From: Candidatus Eiseniibacteriota bacterium
Lineage (GTDB): Bacteria > Eisenbacteria > RBG-16-71-46
Length of the DNA stretch: 64,000 bases
Reading direction: 5' to 3'
Assembly: GCA_963744995.1 (NCBI GenBank)
Contig: CAVUWA010000010.1
Coordinates: 576,001 to 640,000 of the forward strand
Positions 30,002-39,211 of this stretch are shown one piece after another. The position numbers and the translations under genes were made by a program. Each line of letters starts with the position of its first letter. The stretch's first letter is position 1. The notes below the pieces were generated by a model that did not search any database, had not been told where the DNA came from, and saw only the letters and a program-made list of their open reading frames with translations.

Positions 30002-31252
30002 TCACGCGGCGGCCGCCCTCGCGCGTGCGGCGATCCGTTCCGCGACGTAGCGCGCATCCCGACCGACCCCGTGAATCATGGTCGAGGACAGCGCGTACAG
30101 GAAGTGCAGTCCGACGAAGTAGAGTCCCGGCTCGCCGGGTACGATGCCGCGTTCGTGGCGGGGCTCGCCGTGATCGTCGAAGACGGGGCGCTCGATCCAC
30201 GAGGGGAAGCCGGGATGGAAGCCCGTGCACCAGACGACGTTCGCCACGTCGAGCACGGTGCCGTCCTCGAGCACCGGCCGGCCCTGGCGGACGCCCGCGA
30301 CCTTCGGGCCGCGGCGCACGCCGAGCGCGGCGAGGTCGGCCGCGCGCACGCGGATCAGCGGGCCGCCCTGGTGCGTCACCCGCGGACGCACCTTGCGGCC
30401 GACCGGCGTGTCTTCGGTGAGCACGCGGTGGAACAGGCCGCGCAGGACCAGCCGCACCAGCAGGTGGCGCCCGGCGAAACCGCCGACCCGGAACGGCAGC
30501 TGGCCGACGTCGCGCCCCACCATCCACACGCGGCGGCCGCCGCGCGCCAGTTCGACCGCGATCTCCGAGCCCGAGTTGCCGGCCCCGGCGATCAGCACGT
30601 CGCCGTCCCGGAGCTGCGACGGATTGCGGTAGTCGAACGAGTGGATCTGCACGATCGACGGGTCCAGCTCGCGGGCAAACGCGGGAGTGCGGGGCTTCTG
30701 GTAGTTCGCCATCGCCACGACCACGTGATCGGCCTCGAACGTGCGCGCACCGGCACGGGCGACGTAACGGCCGCCCTCATGCGTGAGCCGCTCGACGCGG
30801 ACGCCGGTCTCGACCGGCAGCTGGAAGCGTGCCGCGTAGGCTTCGAGAAAGTCGCCCATCTCGTCCTTGGTCGGGAACACGTCGCCCGGCGCGGGGAACG
30901 GCATGCCGTCGAGCCCGCTGAAGCGCGCCGGGGTGAAGAGCCTGAGTGAATCCCAGCGCCGGCGCCATGCATCGCCGATCCGCTCGTGGGCGTCGAGGAT
31001 CACGAAACTCAGGCCGTGACGCGCGAGGTGGTAGCCGACCGAGAGCCCGGTCTGACCGCCGCCGATCACGATCACGTCGAAGCGCCCGGGCGCCGAATGC
31101 GGTTGCGCCTGCGACGACGAGACGGGCGCGGCGTCCGCGGCGACACCGCTCATCTGCATGAATGCCGCCCCCTCTTCGACCAGCAGACCGCGCCCGGCCC
31201 CGGTCGTGTGCCCTGCCGACTCGTTCTGGAACGAATGTGATGTCCGCTGCAT
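30002..31252 (-). CDS. Flavin-containing monooxygenase (CzcO/'flavoprotein involved in K+ transport' family)
   Basis: 'GGGQTG', 'WRRRWDSLRLFTP', 'HSFDYRNP', 'GAGNSG', 'WCTGF'. The start may be at 31159. Confidence 0.85.
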   Translation of the reverse strand: MQRTSHSFQNESAGHTTGAGRGLLVEEGAAFMQMSGVAADAAPVSSSQAQPHSAPGRFDVIVIGGGQTGLSVGYHLARHGLSFVILDAHERIGDAWRRRWDSLRLFTPARFSGLDGMPFPAPGDVFPTKDEMGDFLEAYAARFQLPVETGVRVERLTHEGGRYVARAGARTFEADHVVVAMANYQKPRTPAFARELDPSIVQIHSFDYRNPSQLRDGDVLIAGAGNSGSEIAVELARGGRRVWMVGRDVGQLPFRVGGFAGRHLLVRLVLRGLFHRVLTEDTPVGRKVRPRVTHQGGPLIRVRAADLAALGVRRGPKVAGVRQGRPVLEDGTVLDVANVVWCTGFHPGFPSWIERPVFDDHGEPRHERGIVPGEPGLYFVGLHFLYALSSTMIHGVGRDARYVAERIAARARAAAA

Positions 31253-31327
31253 GACGATCCTCCCGGTTCGGGTTCCCTGGCCGTGCCTCGGCTGGAAACA
31301 CTAGCGAGGGCCGCCGTCGCGCGCGTC

Positions 31328-31377
31328 GGCGGAACCACCCATTTTCGGGCGACGGCGCCCCATGGGTGGTTTCCGCC
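31328..31377. promoter_or_regulatory. Inverted repeat upstream of the monooxygenase; candidate binding site of the adjacent LuxR regulator
   Basis: GGCGGAACCACCCAT (31328-31342) ... ATGGGTGGTTTCCGCC (31362-31377). Confidence 0.5.
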
Positions 31378-31488
31378 ACGACCGTGGGTCCGCGCACCGG
31401 CGCACCGGCGGCCGGGGCGCGCGGGCGGTGGCCGACCGCGCCGCCGCGCCCTTCGGCGGGGACGACGGGGACGGACCCGGCCGGCGCC

Positions 31489-33129
31489 TCAGATCAGCCG
31501 GTGCTCGTAGGCGTGCGCCGTGGCGGCGGCGCGCGAGGACACGCCGAGCTTGTTGAAGATGTTGCTGACGTGCCGGTCGACGGTGCGCTCACTGAGGAAC
31601 AGCTCGCGGGCGATGGCGCGGTTGGTCCCACCGGCCGCGACCATGCGCAGAATCTGCAGCTCGCGGGCGGTGAGGCCATGCGCGGGCGCCCGCGGCGCCG
31701 CGCCGGAGGCTGGAATCCGTTCGAGGTCGGGTGCCGCGCCGAGCTCCGTGAAGACCGCACGGGCGGCGTCCACCTCGAGGGCGGCGCCGTCCTCGTCGCC
31801 CAGCGCCCGGCACGCCGCGGCGATCAGGACGCGCAGCCGCGCCGCCAGGTACGGCGCGTTCGCCCGCTGCCACCCGTCGAAGGCCCGGCGCAGCGGTTCG
31901 ATGGCGCCGGCCGGATCTCCGGCGGAAAGGAGCACCGCCCCGCGCGCGTGGGCCGCGATCGCGTCGAGCGCATCCGATCGAAAGCGCGCGGCCAGCGCCT
32001 CCAGCTCGTCCGCCGACACGGCGGCTGCGGCCGGATCCCCGGCCGCGAGCATGATCTCGACGTGCGCCGGCAGGAACTGCACCCGCGTGAGCCCTTCCGA
32101 CGCCGTCTCGATCACGCGGCGGATCGACTGGGCCGCCGCCTCGGAGCGTCCCTGCGCGAGCCTGAGCAGCGCGAGTCCGGGCTGCGGATCGCGCCCCGCG
32201 CGGCTTGCGTCGCGGTAGGCGGCCTCGGCGGCGTCGAACGCGCCCTGCAGGCGATGCAACTCGCCGAGCCGGTAGTACGCCGCACCGATCGTTTCGGGCT
32301 CGGTTCCGGCCATGAGACTGCGCTCGGAGGCGCGGCGCGCCTCGTCGATGGCGCGCCCCCAGTCCCCATTCATCTCCATGACCTCGGCGCGGTGCACGAG
32401 ACACGCGCCGGTGAACGTGACGAGCTGCGGCTGCGCCTCGCACCACTCCGAGAGCACCGCCGTCCACTCGCGCATCCGCCCGAGCGCGTAGACGCGGCGG
32501 CACCAGTCGACCGCGGTGCAGCAGATCAGGCCGGTGATGATCGGTGACGTGGCCCCGCTGCCGACTTCGACCATCGCCTCGTCGAACAGGGCGATGCCGT
32601 CGGCAACCCGGTTCTGGCGCAGGCGGATCACCCCCTGCATCGCCCGGGCGTAGCCGACGAGGTCGCGGTCGCCGAAGCGTTCGCCGATGGCGATCGCCTC
32701 GGCGGCGATCGCCATTGCGCCTTCCGGATCGCCGCCGCCGAGCGTGCGATGGATCGCGGGCAGGAGGACGAAGCCGCGTTCGGCACAGTCCTCGCCGAGG
32801 CGCTCGATGTGGCGCTCCGCCCGGCCGATCCAGCCCGCGGCGCGGCCGCTCTCGCCGCGGCCGAACAGACGGAACCCGTGCCAGAATGCGGCGTGCGCCG
32901 CGCCGCGCTCGTCGCCGGCCTCGGCGCAGGCGGCGTGGAGCCGCTCCGTCGCCGCGAGCATCCCGTCGTCACGCCCGGTGAGCGCGGACGCCCAGGCGAG
33001 CCGTTCGAGGTCTTCGGGCGGCAGCGCGGAGACGCGATCGGCCTCCATGAGGAGCCGCCAGGCATCCTCCCAGCGGCGCGCCGCGTAGGCCTCGCGTGCG
33101 CGGGCGAGATCGTGGCCTGTCGCTGACAT
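31489..33129 (-). CDS. LuxR-family regulator (TPR-like N-domain + C-terminal HTH)
   Basis: 'GLTARELQILRMVAAGGTNRAIARELFLSERTVDRHVSNIFNKLGVSSR'. Confidence 0.92.
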   Translation of the reverse strand: MSATGHDLARAREAYAARRWEDAWRLLMEADRVSALPPEDLERLAWASALTGRDDGMLAATERLHAACAEAGDERGAAHAAFWHGFRLFGRGESGRAAGWIGRAERHIERLGEDCAERGFVLLPAIHRTLGGGDPEGAMAIAAEAIAIGERFGDRDLVGYARAMQGVIRLRQNRVADGIALFDEAMVEVGSGATSPIITGLICCTAVDWCRRVYALGRMREWTAVLSEWCEAQPQLVTFTGACLVHRAEVMEMNGDWGRAIDEARRASERSLMAGTEPETIGAAYYRLGELHRLQGAFDAAEAAYRDASRAGRDPQPGLALLRLAQGRSEAAAQSIRRVIETASEGLTRVQFLPAHVEIMLAAGDPAAAAVSADELEALAARFRSDALDAIAAHARGAVLLSAGDPAGAIEPLRRAFDGWQRANAPYLAARLRVLIAAACRALGDEDGAALEVDAARAVFTELGAAPDLERIPASGAAPRAPAHGLTARELQILRMVAAGGTNRAIARELFLSERTVDRHVSNIFNKLGVSSRAAATAHAYEHRLI

Positions 33130-33264
33130 GCCCGGCACTCTACCCCAGCGGGGCGGGAGTGCACGACCACCATGGCCGGTCGCGGCGCGGCTTTCCGTAG
33201 TTCACTCTGGCGGCGCTCCGCCCCCGCGCCGTACGCTTCGCGACAGCCTTGAACGGAGAAAGAC

Positions 33265-34269
33265 ATGCGCGCCTCGAGGTGGTTTCTGCTCGCCGCACTC
33301 CTGCTCCCCATGCCCGCCCGGGCGGACATCGTCACCGGACTGATCGGCTGGTGGCCGTTCACGGGCGATGCGCGGGATGCCAGCGGAAACGGCAACGACG
33401 GCACCCCGAACGCCACCGCGCAGCTCACCGCCGACCGCTTCGGGATGCCGAACCGCGCGTTTCACTTCAACGGACTCGACTCGCGGATCGACATCCCGTC
33501 TTCGCCCTCGCTCGAGTCCCCGACGACGGCGCTGACCATGGCGGCGTGGATCCGCCGCGACGGCTGGGGCATGGTCGGAACGCTGTACAACCCGATCCTC
33601 ACCAAGAGCATCTCGACCCCCAACGTGTTCCAGTACCGCTTCATCACCACCCAGACCGGCATGCAGACGGCCCTCAACAACTGGAACCTCGGCGTCGCGG
33701 CGCCGTTCAGCTTCGACGCGGACCGCTGGTACCACGTCGCCTCGTCGTGGGACGGCGACACCGTGCGTTCGTACGTGGACGGCGTGCAGGTGGGCGCCGG
33801 GCCGCTCGCGACGACGATCCTGCCCGATGCGAACGTTCTGAGCATCGGCTCCGACGTGCCGGGCGTGCTGGAGATCTTCTACGGTGACATCGACGAAGTG
33901 CGGCTCTACGCACGGGCGCTGGGCCCGGCCGACATCGCCGAGCTCGCCGGCCTCACGACCGCGGTGCCGCATCCGGACGCCGGCGCCGGCCCGCTCCGCC
34001 TCGCGCCGGCCCGCCCGAATCCGTTCAGACGGACGACGACGATCGAGTTCACCGTGTCGGCGGCGACCACGGCCAGCATCGAGATCCTGGACCCTGCCGG
34101 GCGCCTGATCCGCCGCCTGATGACCTCGGAGCCCGTGAGTGCGGGCGCCCATCGCGTGGTCTGGGACGGCCGCGACGCCACGGGTCGCGACGCCGGGCAG
34201 GGACTGCTGTTCTACCGTGTGCGCACGCCGCAGGCGGTGGGTCTCGGGCGGGTCGTGCACATCGACTGA
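33265..34269 (+). CDS. Secreted LamG-like jellyroll protein with C-terminal FlgD Ig-like domain
   Basis: 'WPFTGDARDASGNGNDGT', 'WYHVA', 'GDIDEVRLYARAL'; C-terminal 'PNPF...GRLIRRL...WDGRD'. Confidence 0.88.
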   Translation: MRASRWFLLAALLLPMPARADIVTGLIGWWPFTGDARDASGNGNDGTPNATAQLTADRFGMPNRAFHFNGLDSRIDIPSSPSLESPTTALTMAAWIRRDGWGMVGTLYNPILTKSISTPNVFQYRFITTQTGMQTALNNWNLGVAAPFSFDADRWYHVASSWDGDTVRSYVDGVQVGAGPLATTILPDANVLSIGSDVPGVLEIFYGDIDEVRLYARALGPADIAELAGLTTAVPHPDAGAGPLRLAPARPNPFRRTTTIEFTVSAATTASIEILDPAGRLIRRLMTSEPVSAGAHRVVWDGRDATGRDAGQGLLFYRVRTPQAVGLGRVVHID

Positions 34270-34278
34270 CGGGCGGGG

Positions 34279-34941
34279 TCAGCCCGCAGCCATCTCCTTC
34301 GGGCTGTGCATGCCCTGCTTCACCCCGAAACGGATGAGCAGCACGTTGACGGGATACGCGGCCACGAGCCCCAGCGACAGCGAAAACACCAGCGAGGCCC
34401 AGAACAGCGGCTCGCCGATCGTGGCGCGGCGCGCGAGCCACAGATCGGCGGCGATCGCGGTCAGCTCCATGACGGTGATGCTCGCGGTTTCGGAATAGAA
34501 GGCGTCGCGGAACGCATCGCGCCACGACTCGCCGTCCTGGATCAGGGGTCCGGCGGTGAGAACGAAGCCGGACACGTAGGCGAGCACGAACGTGATGACC
34601 CCGATCCAGGCGTTGCCGAGCCCCAGGATCCCGGCGGCGATGATCACCCCCGCCACCTCACCCGCGCCGCACCCCGAATAGCAGTGCGCCGTCGAACGTG
34701 CGCCCCTGCGCCACAGACTGTCATGGGCGATCTGCCTGCGGCCCGTCACCCAGTACATCCAGAGACCGAGCGGTCCCGAGTAGAGGACCGTGAAGACCCA
34801 GACGAGCTTCATCAGGCCCCGGATCTCCGGATTGCGCCTGGCCAGATCGTGGAACAGCAGTCCCAGGGAGGCCGCGACCAGCGCCCCCCACACCCAGAGG
34901 AAGTGCGGGCTCGTGAGGATCATGCGGGTGGCTTCGCGCAT
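34279..34941 (-). CDS. DUF4396 family membrane protein
   Basis: 'STAHCYSGCGAGE', 'SITVME', 'AYPVNVLLIRFGVKQGM'. Confidence 0.85.
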   Translation of the reverse strand: MREATRMILTSPHFLWVWGALVAASLGLLFHDLARRNPEIRGLMKLVWVFTVLYSGPLGLWMYWVTGRRQIAHDSLWRRGARSTAHCYSGCGAGEVAGVIIAAGILGLGNAWIGVITFVLAYVSGFVLTAGPLIQDGESWRDAFRDAFYSETASITVMELTAIAADLWLARRATIGEPLFWASLVFSLSLGLVAAYPVNVLLIRFGVKQGMHSPKEMAAG

Positions 34942-35040
34942 CGGGGATCTCTCCGTTGTCGAATGCGACTTCGACCGACGGGCCTGCCCAACGTAACATC
35001 GCGCGGGCCGCCCCGCCGTGCCAGGAAAGGAGACCCTCCG

Positions 35041-35439
35041 ATGCCCGCCCGCCGCGCGCTCACCCTGCTGCCCGAACGCTTCGCGATCTGCCGCTTCGAT
35101 CCCGCCGCGCCGCTCCCCGCGTGGGTGCTGCACGCCGAGGCGACGACGTGGAGCATCACGCGCACGCCGCACGAACTGTCGGTCGTCTGCCCCGAGGACG
35201 ACCTGCCGCCGGCGGTGGAGCGCGCCGAGCGCGGCTGGCGCGCGTTCGCGGTCGAGGGGCCGATTCCGTTCGACGAGACGGGCGTCATTGCCGGGCTCAC
35301 GGCGCTGCTGGCCGCAGCGGGCCTCCCGGTGTTCGTGATCTCGACCTGGGACACCGATCTCGTGCTGGTGCGCGCGACCGGACTCGAGCGGGCCCGGAAG
35401 GCGCTGGCCGGGACGCACGACCTGCGCGCGCCGGCCTGA
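35041..35439 (+). CDS. ACT-domain protein (CASTOR/ACT_7 type)
   Basis: 'SITRTPHELSVVC', 'GPIPFDETGVIA', 'VFVISTWDTDLVLV'. Confidence 0.88.
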   Translation: MPARRALTLLPERFAICRFDPAAPLPAWVLHAEATTWSITRTPHELSVVCPEDDLPPAVERAERGWRAFAVEGPIPFDETGVIAGLTALLAAAGLPVFVISTWDTDLVLVRATGLERARKALAGTHDLRAPA

Positions 35440-35776
35440 ACGCCGCGCGGGGGCGCCGGCGGTGCTCCCCGCGGCGTTGCCGCGGACGGCAGACAGCCGG
35501 ACACAGGGGCTCCGGAAGTCCGCGTCGCGGCCCGCCGGAGCTGACAAGACGGGCCGCTCCATGACAGACTGGCGGCGGACGCCGGTCCGGCCCCGCCGCG
35601 ATCGCCCGCCGAACGGCGCAACCGCCTGTCTTTCAGGAGGCTCGAAATGTGCGCGAAGCGGGTACGCGTCTTGCCCCGTTAGCGTCTACTTACAATCACC
35701 CGCGCCGGGTCCGGTCATGGCGAATGCCGCGATGGCCGGCCCCGTTCCGCAGACAGAGTCGCAAGGAAGGTGATTT

Positions 35777-37081
35777 ATGCCCGGCGATACGATGCAGAAG
35801 ACCCAGCAGACCGCGACGATTCAATGCGACGGCAAGACCCTCGAGCTCCCGGTGGTCGTGGGCAGCGAAGGTGAAATCGGTATCGACATCGAGAAGCTGC
35901 GCGCCTCGACCGGAATGATCACGCTCGATCCCGGCTACGGGAACACCGGTTCGTGCCAGAGCTCGATCACGTTCATCGACGGCGAGAAGGGCATCCTGCG
36001 CTACCGCGGCTACCCGATCGAAGAACTCGCCACCAAGAGCACGTTCCTCGAAGTCGCCTGGCTGCTGCTGCACGGCGAACTGCCGAAGCGCGCCGAACTC
36101 GAAGGCTTCGAGAAGGAAGTCACGTATCACACGATGCTCCATGAGAACTTCCGCCGGTTCTTCGACGCGCTGCCGATGGACGCGCACCCGATGCCGGTCT
36201 GTGCCGCCGCCGTGGGCGCGCTCGCGACCTTCTACCAGGAACCGGAGAGCGAGCAGGCGATTCACGACACGATCATCCGCCTGATCGCGAAGATGCCGAC
36301 GCTGGTGGCGTTCTCGTACAAGCACTCGATGGGGCATCCGATGGTGCAGCCCCTCAACCGGCTCGACTATGCGTCGAACTTCATGCACATGATGTTCGCG
36401 ACGCCGAGCGAAGCCTATGAAGCCGACGAGACGCTGGCGCGAACCATCGACCTGCTGCTCATTCTGCACGCCGATCACGAGCAGAACTGCTCGACGAGCA
36501 CGGTGCGCATGGTCGGCAGTTCCCAGGCGAATCTGTACGCGAGCATCTCCGCCGGCATCAGCGCGCTCTGGGGCCCGCTGCACGGCGGCGCGAACCAGAA
36601 GGTCATCGAGATGCTCAAGACCATCGCGAGCGAAGGCGGCGGCGCCGAGCGTTTCCTCGAGCGCGCCAAGGACAAGAACGACACGCGCCGGCTGATGGGG
36701 TTCGGGCATCGCGTCTACAAGAGCTACGATCCGCGCGCCTCGATCCTCAAAAAGGCGTGCGAGGACGTGCTCGCGCGGGTGCGGAAGTCGAGCGAGCTGC
36801 TGGACATCGCGATGAAACTCGAGGAGATCGCGCTCAAGGACGAGTACTTCGTGAGCCGCAAGCTCTATCCGAACGTCGACTTCTACAGCGGCGTGATCTA
36901 CCAGGCGCTCGACATTCCGGTGAACATGTTCACGGCGATGTTCGCCATGGGACGCCTGCCGGGCTGGATCGCCCAGTGGCTCGAGATGCGTCACGATCCG
37001 TCGTTCCGCATTTCCCGCCCCCGCCAGATCTACACCGGACCGACGCAGCGCCCGTACGTGGCGATCGAGAAGCGCGGCTGA
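35777..37081 (+). CDS. gltA: Citrate synthase (GltA-like, hexameric type)
   Basis: 'DGEKGILRYRGY', 'LHADHEQNCST', 'GPLHGGAN', 'MGFGHRVYK', 'YPNVDFYSG'. Confidence 0.97.
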   Translation: MPGDTMQKTQQTATIQCDGKTLELPVVVGSEGEIGIDIEKLRASTGMITLDPGYGNTGSCQSSITFIDGEKGILRYRGYPIEELATKSTFLEVAWLLLHGELPKRAELEGFEKEVTYHTMLHENFRRFFDALPMDAHPMPVCAAAVGALATFYQEPESEQAIHDTIIRLIAKMPTLVAFSYKHSMGHPMVQPLNRLDYASNFMHMMFATPSEAYEADETLARTIDLLLILHADHEQNCSTSTVRMVGSSQANLYASISAGISALWGPLHGGANQKVIEMLKTIASEGGGAERFLERAKDKNDTRRLMGFGHRVYKSYDPRASILKKACEDVLARVRKSSELLDIAMKLEEIALKDEYFVSRKLYPNVDFYSGVIYQALDIPVNMFTAMFAMGRLPGWIAQWLEMRHDPSFRISRPRQIYTGPTQRPYVAIEKRG

Positions 37082-37088
37082 GGAAGGC

Positions 37089-37119
37089 CGCCGGGCGCGG
37101 CGACGCGCGCCGGCGTTTT
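37089..37119 (+). terminator. Intrinsic terminator after gltA
   Basis: CGCCGGGCGCG-GCGA-CGCGCGCCGGCG (imperfect stem) followed by TTTT. Confidence 0.6.
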
Positions 37120-37234
37120 CCGGGGGGCGGTTGCAGCGCCCTCCGATAGCGAGGGGCCGCGGTCACGCGCCGTGCGCGTGCGCCGCGGCCCTTTCGCCGT
37201 TTGCGGGGGCACGGCCGTTCACCGGGAGTGAGCC

Positions 37235-37696
37235 ATGAAGATCTGGATCGACGCGGATGCCATGCCGCGCGAGGTCCGCGACGTCGTGTTCCGCACCGCC
37301 GCGCGGCTCGAGCTGCAGGCGATCCTGGTCGCCAACCGCGCCCTGCACACTCCGCCCGGCCTCCCGCACGTCTCGAGCGTCGTGGTCGAGGGCGGCGCCG
37401 ACGTCGCAGACCGCTACATCGCGGAGCACGCGGCCCCTGCGGACGTCGCGATCACGGCCGACGTGCCGCTCGCCTCGATCCTGGTGGGGCGCGGACTCGC
37501 GGTCATCGACCCGCGTGGCCGCGAGTACACGCCCGACAACGTCGGCGAGATCCTCGCGACCCGCGACCTGATGGACGGCCTGCGTGGCGCCGGCCAGGTG
37601 ACCGGCGGTCCTGCCGCGTATCAGCCGCGCGACCGGACCGCGTTCGCGAACGCGCTCGACCGGGTGCTCACGCGGCGCGCGCGCGGCTGGCGCTAG
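37235..37696 (+). CDS. YaiI/YqxD (UPF0178) family protein
   Basis: 'MKIWIDADAMP', 'DVADRYI', 'ITADVPLA', 'IDPRG'. Confidence 0.93.
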   Translation: MKIWIDADAMPREVRDVVFRTAARLELQAILVANRALHTPPGLPHVSSVVVEGGADVADRYIAEHAAPADVAITADVPLASILVGRGLAVIDPRGREYTPDNVGEILATRDLMDGLRGAGQVTGGPAAYQPRDRTAFANALDRVLTRRARGWR

Positions 37697-37737
37697 GCGG
37701 GCATCGGGGTCCTGACCGGGCGGGGCGCGGCGCCGCC

Positions 37738-38925
37738 TCAGGGCTTGCGCACGATCCCGAACCAGCCGAGCACCCTGCCGGCGACGCGCCGGCGGAGCTG
37801 CACGGGCCAGCTCATGTCGATGCGGCTGCGCCGCACGAGTCTGCGCACCGATCGTGCGAGATCGGGCGCCAGATCACCGGCCCCCAGCATCTCCTCGAGC
37901 GTGTGGTAGCGGTCGGGGGTGCGGCGCAGCGCGTCCACGCGTGCGATCAGGTCGCGCGTGTCGCCGAAGACCCGCGAGTGCCGGAGCTGCCCGCTCTCTT
38001 CCAGCATCAGCATCGCGAGGATGCACTTCGCACAGCTTCCGCAGTTGCCGAGCGGCGTCCGTCTGGTGTTGCAGACGCGCAGGTGGTCGCGCAGCAGCGG
38101 CTCTGCCGCAATGGCGCGCATGCGCTCCAGGCGCGTTCCGGGAGGCCCGGAGGCGATCGTCATCCGCGAGCTCGACCACAACGGGTCGAGGCGCGGATGG
38201 GTGCCGCACGGAACGTTCCGGTCGCCCGGCAGGCTCTGGGCGAAGAGCGCCCGGCCGGCGATGCCGTGGATGACGTGCGCGACCGCCGCCATCGCGCTGC
38301 CGTGCGTGAAATCCCACGACACCGTCCTGAGCCGCGCATGCGTCTTCGCGTTGGTGCGCACGAACACCGCGCGCGCCCCCATCTGCCCGGCGACGGCGCG
38401 CAGCGACGCTTCCGCGGCCGCCGCGCGGGCCGTGTCGTCGAGATCGAAGTCGAAGCCCTGCGCCATCACCAGCACGTCCACGTGCTCGGGCCCGCGGAGG
38501 AGCGCGTGGAACGAATCCACGCCGCCGCTGAAGAACAGTGCCGTCCCCCCGGCGGCGGTCACGGGAACAGGCCGCCGCGGCGCGCCCGAGCCCTCCGCTC
38601 GCTGCGGATCGGGCGCCGGCGCTGCGGCGTCACAGCGCCACCACTCGCGGAACAGCGCGAGCGCGCGCCCGGCGTTCGCGCGCCAGGCGGGATCGAGCGG
38701 CGCCGCGACGCGCAGCGCGCGGCCGCCCGCCGCGGCCGGCAGCAGCGCCGCCGATGCGAAGGCCTCGGGCGCCGAATCCAGCTCGACGTCTCGCGTGGCG
38801 AACCAGAGCCGCTCACCGTCCAGCTCGGCCGACGCGATCCATTCGTCGCCGTCACGATCGACGCGCAGGTCGGCGATCACGAAGTCACTGCCGTCCGTGC
38901 GCCGTCTGACGAAAGGCCGCATCAC
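37738..38925 (-). CDS. Hypothetical PP-loop (adenine nucleotide alpha-hydrolase/QueC-like) protein
   Basis: 'FFSGGVDSF' PP-loop; 'LRVC...NCGSCAKC' metal-binding cluster. Confidence 0.65.
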   Translation of the reverse strand: MMRPFVRRRTDGSDFVIADLRVDRDGDEWIASAELDGERLWFATRDVELDSAPEAFASAALLPAAAGGRALRVAAPLDPAWRANAGRALALFREWWRCDAAAPAPDPQRAEGSGAPRRPVPVTAAGGTALFFSGGVDSFHALLRGPEHVDVLVMAQGFDFDLDDTARAAAAEASLRAVAGQMGARAVFVRTNAKTHARLRTVSWDFTHGSAMAAVAHVIHGIAGRALFAQSLPGDRNVPCGTHPRLDPLWSSSRMTIASGPPGTRLERMRAIAAEPLLRDHLRVCNTRRTPLGNCGSCAKCILAMLMLEESGQLRHSRVFGDTRDLIARVDALRRTPDRYHTLEEMLGAGDLAPDLARSVRRLVRRSRIDMSWPVQLRRRVAGRVLGWFGIVRKP

Positions 38926-39211
38926 GAAGCTCCCTTCCGGCCCTGCGCGCGCACGAGGCCCCTCTGCAGTCGCTCTGGACGTGTCGCCCCTCGGTCGCGG
39001 CCGGCCGGGCGAACCGCCGCGGGAGGATGCAGACTAGAAAGCGGGCCGGGGAGAGGCAAGGGAAACCCGTGGGTGCGCGGCGCCCCGCCGCCGCGGCGCG
39101 TGCCGGCGCGGCTTGCGTCACGCGTCGCGATCGGCTACCACGCCGGGGTACCGGCGCCGCGCCATCGCGCCCCGGCGCCACCGGACCACCCCCGCACGAA
39201 GGAGCCGGACC

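Noticed and set aside
37738..38925. QueC-like protein as part of an anti-phage (Qat/Dpd) or queuosine system
   Set aside because: No partner genes (ATPase, TatD, dpdA, queDEF) nearby.
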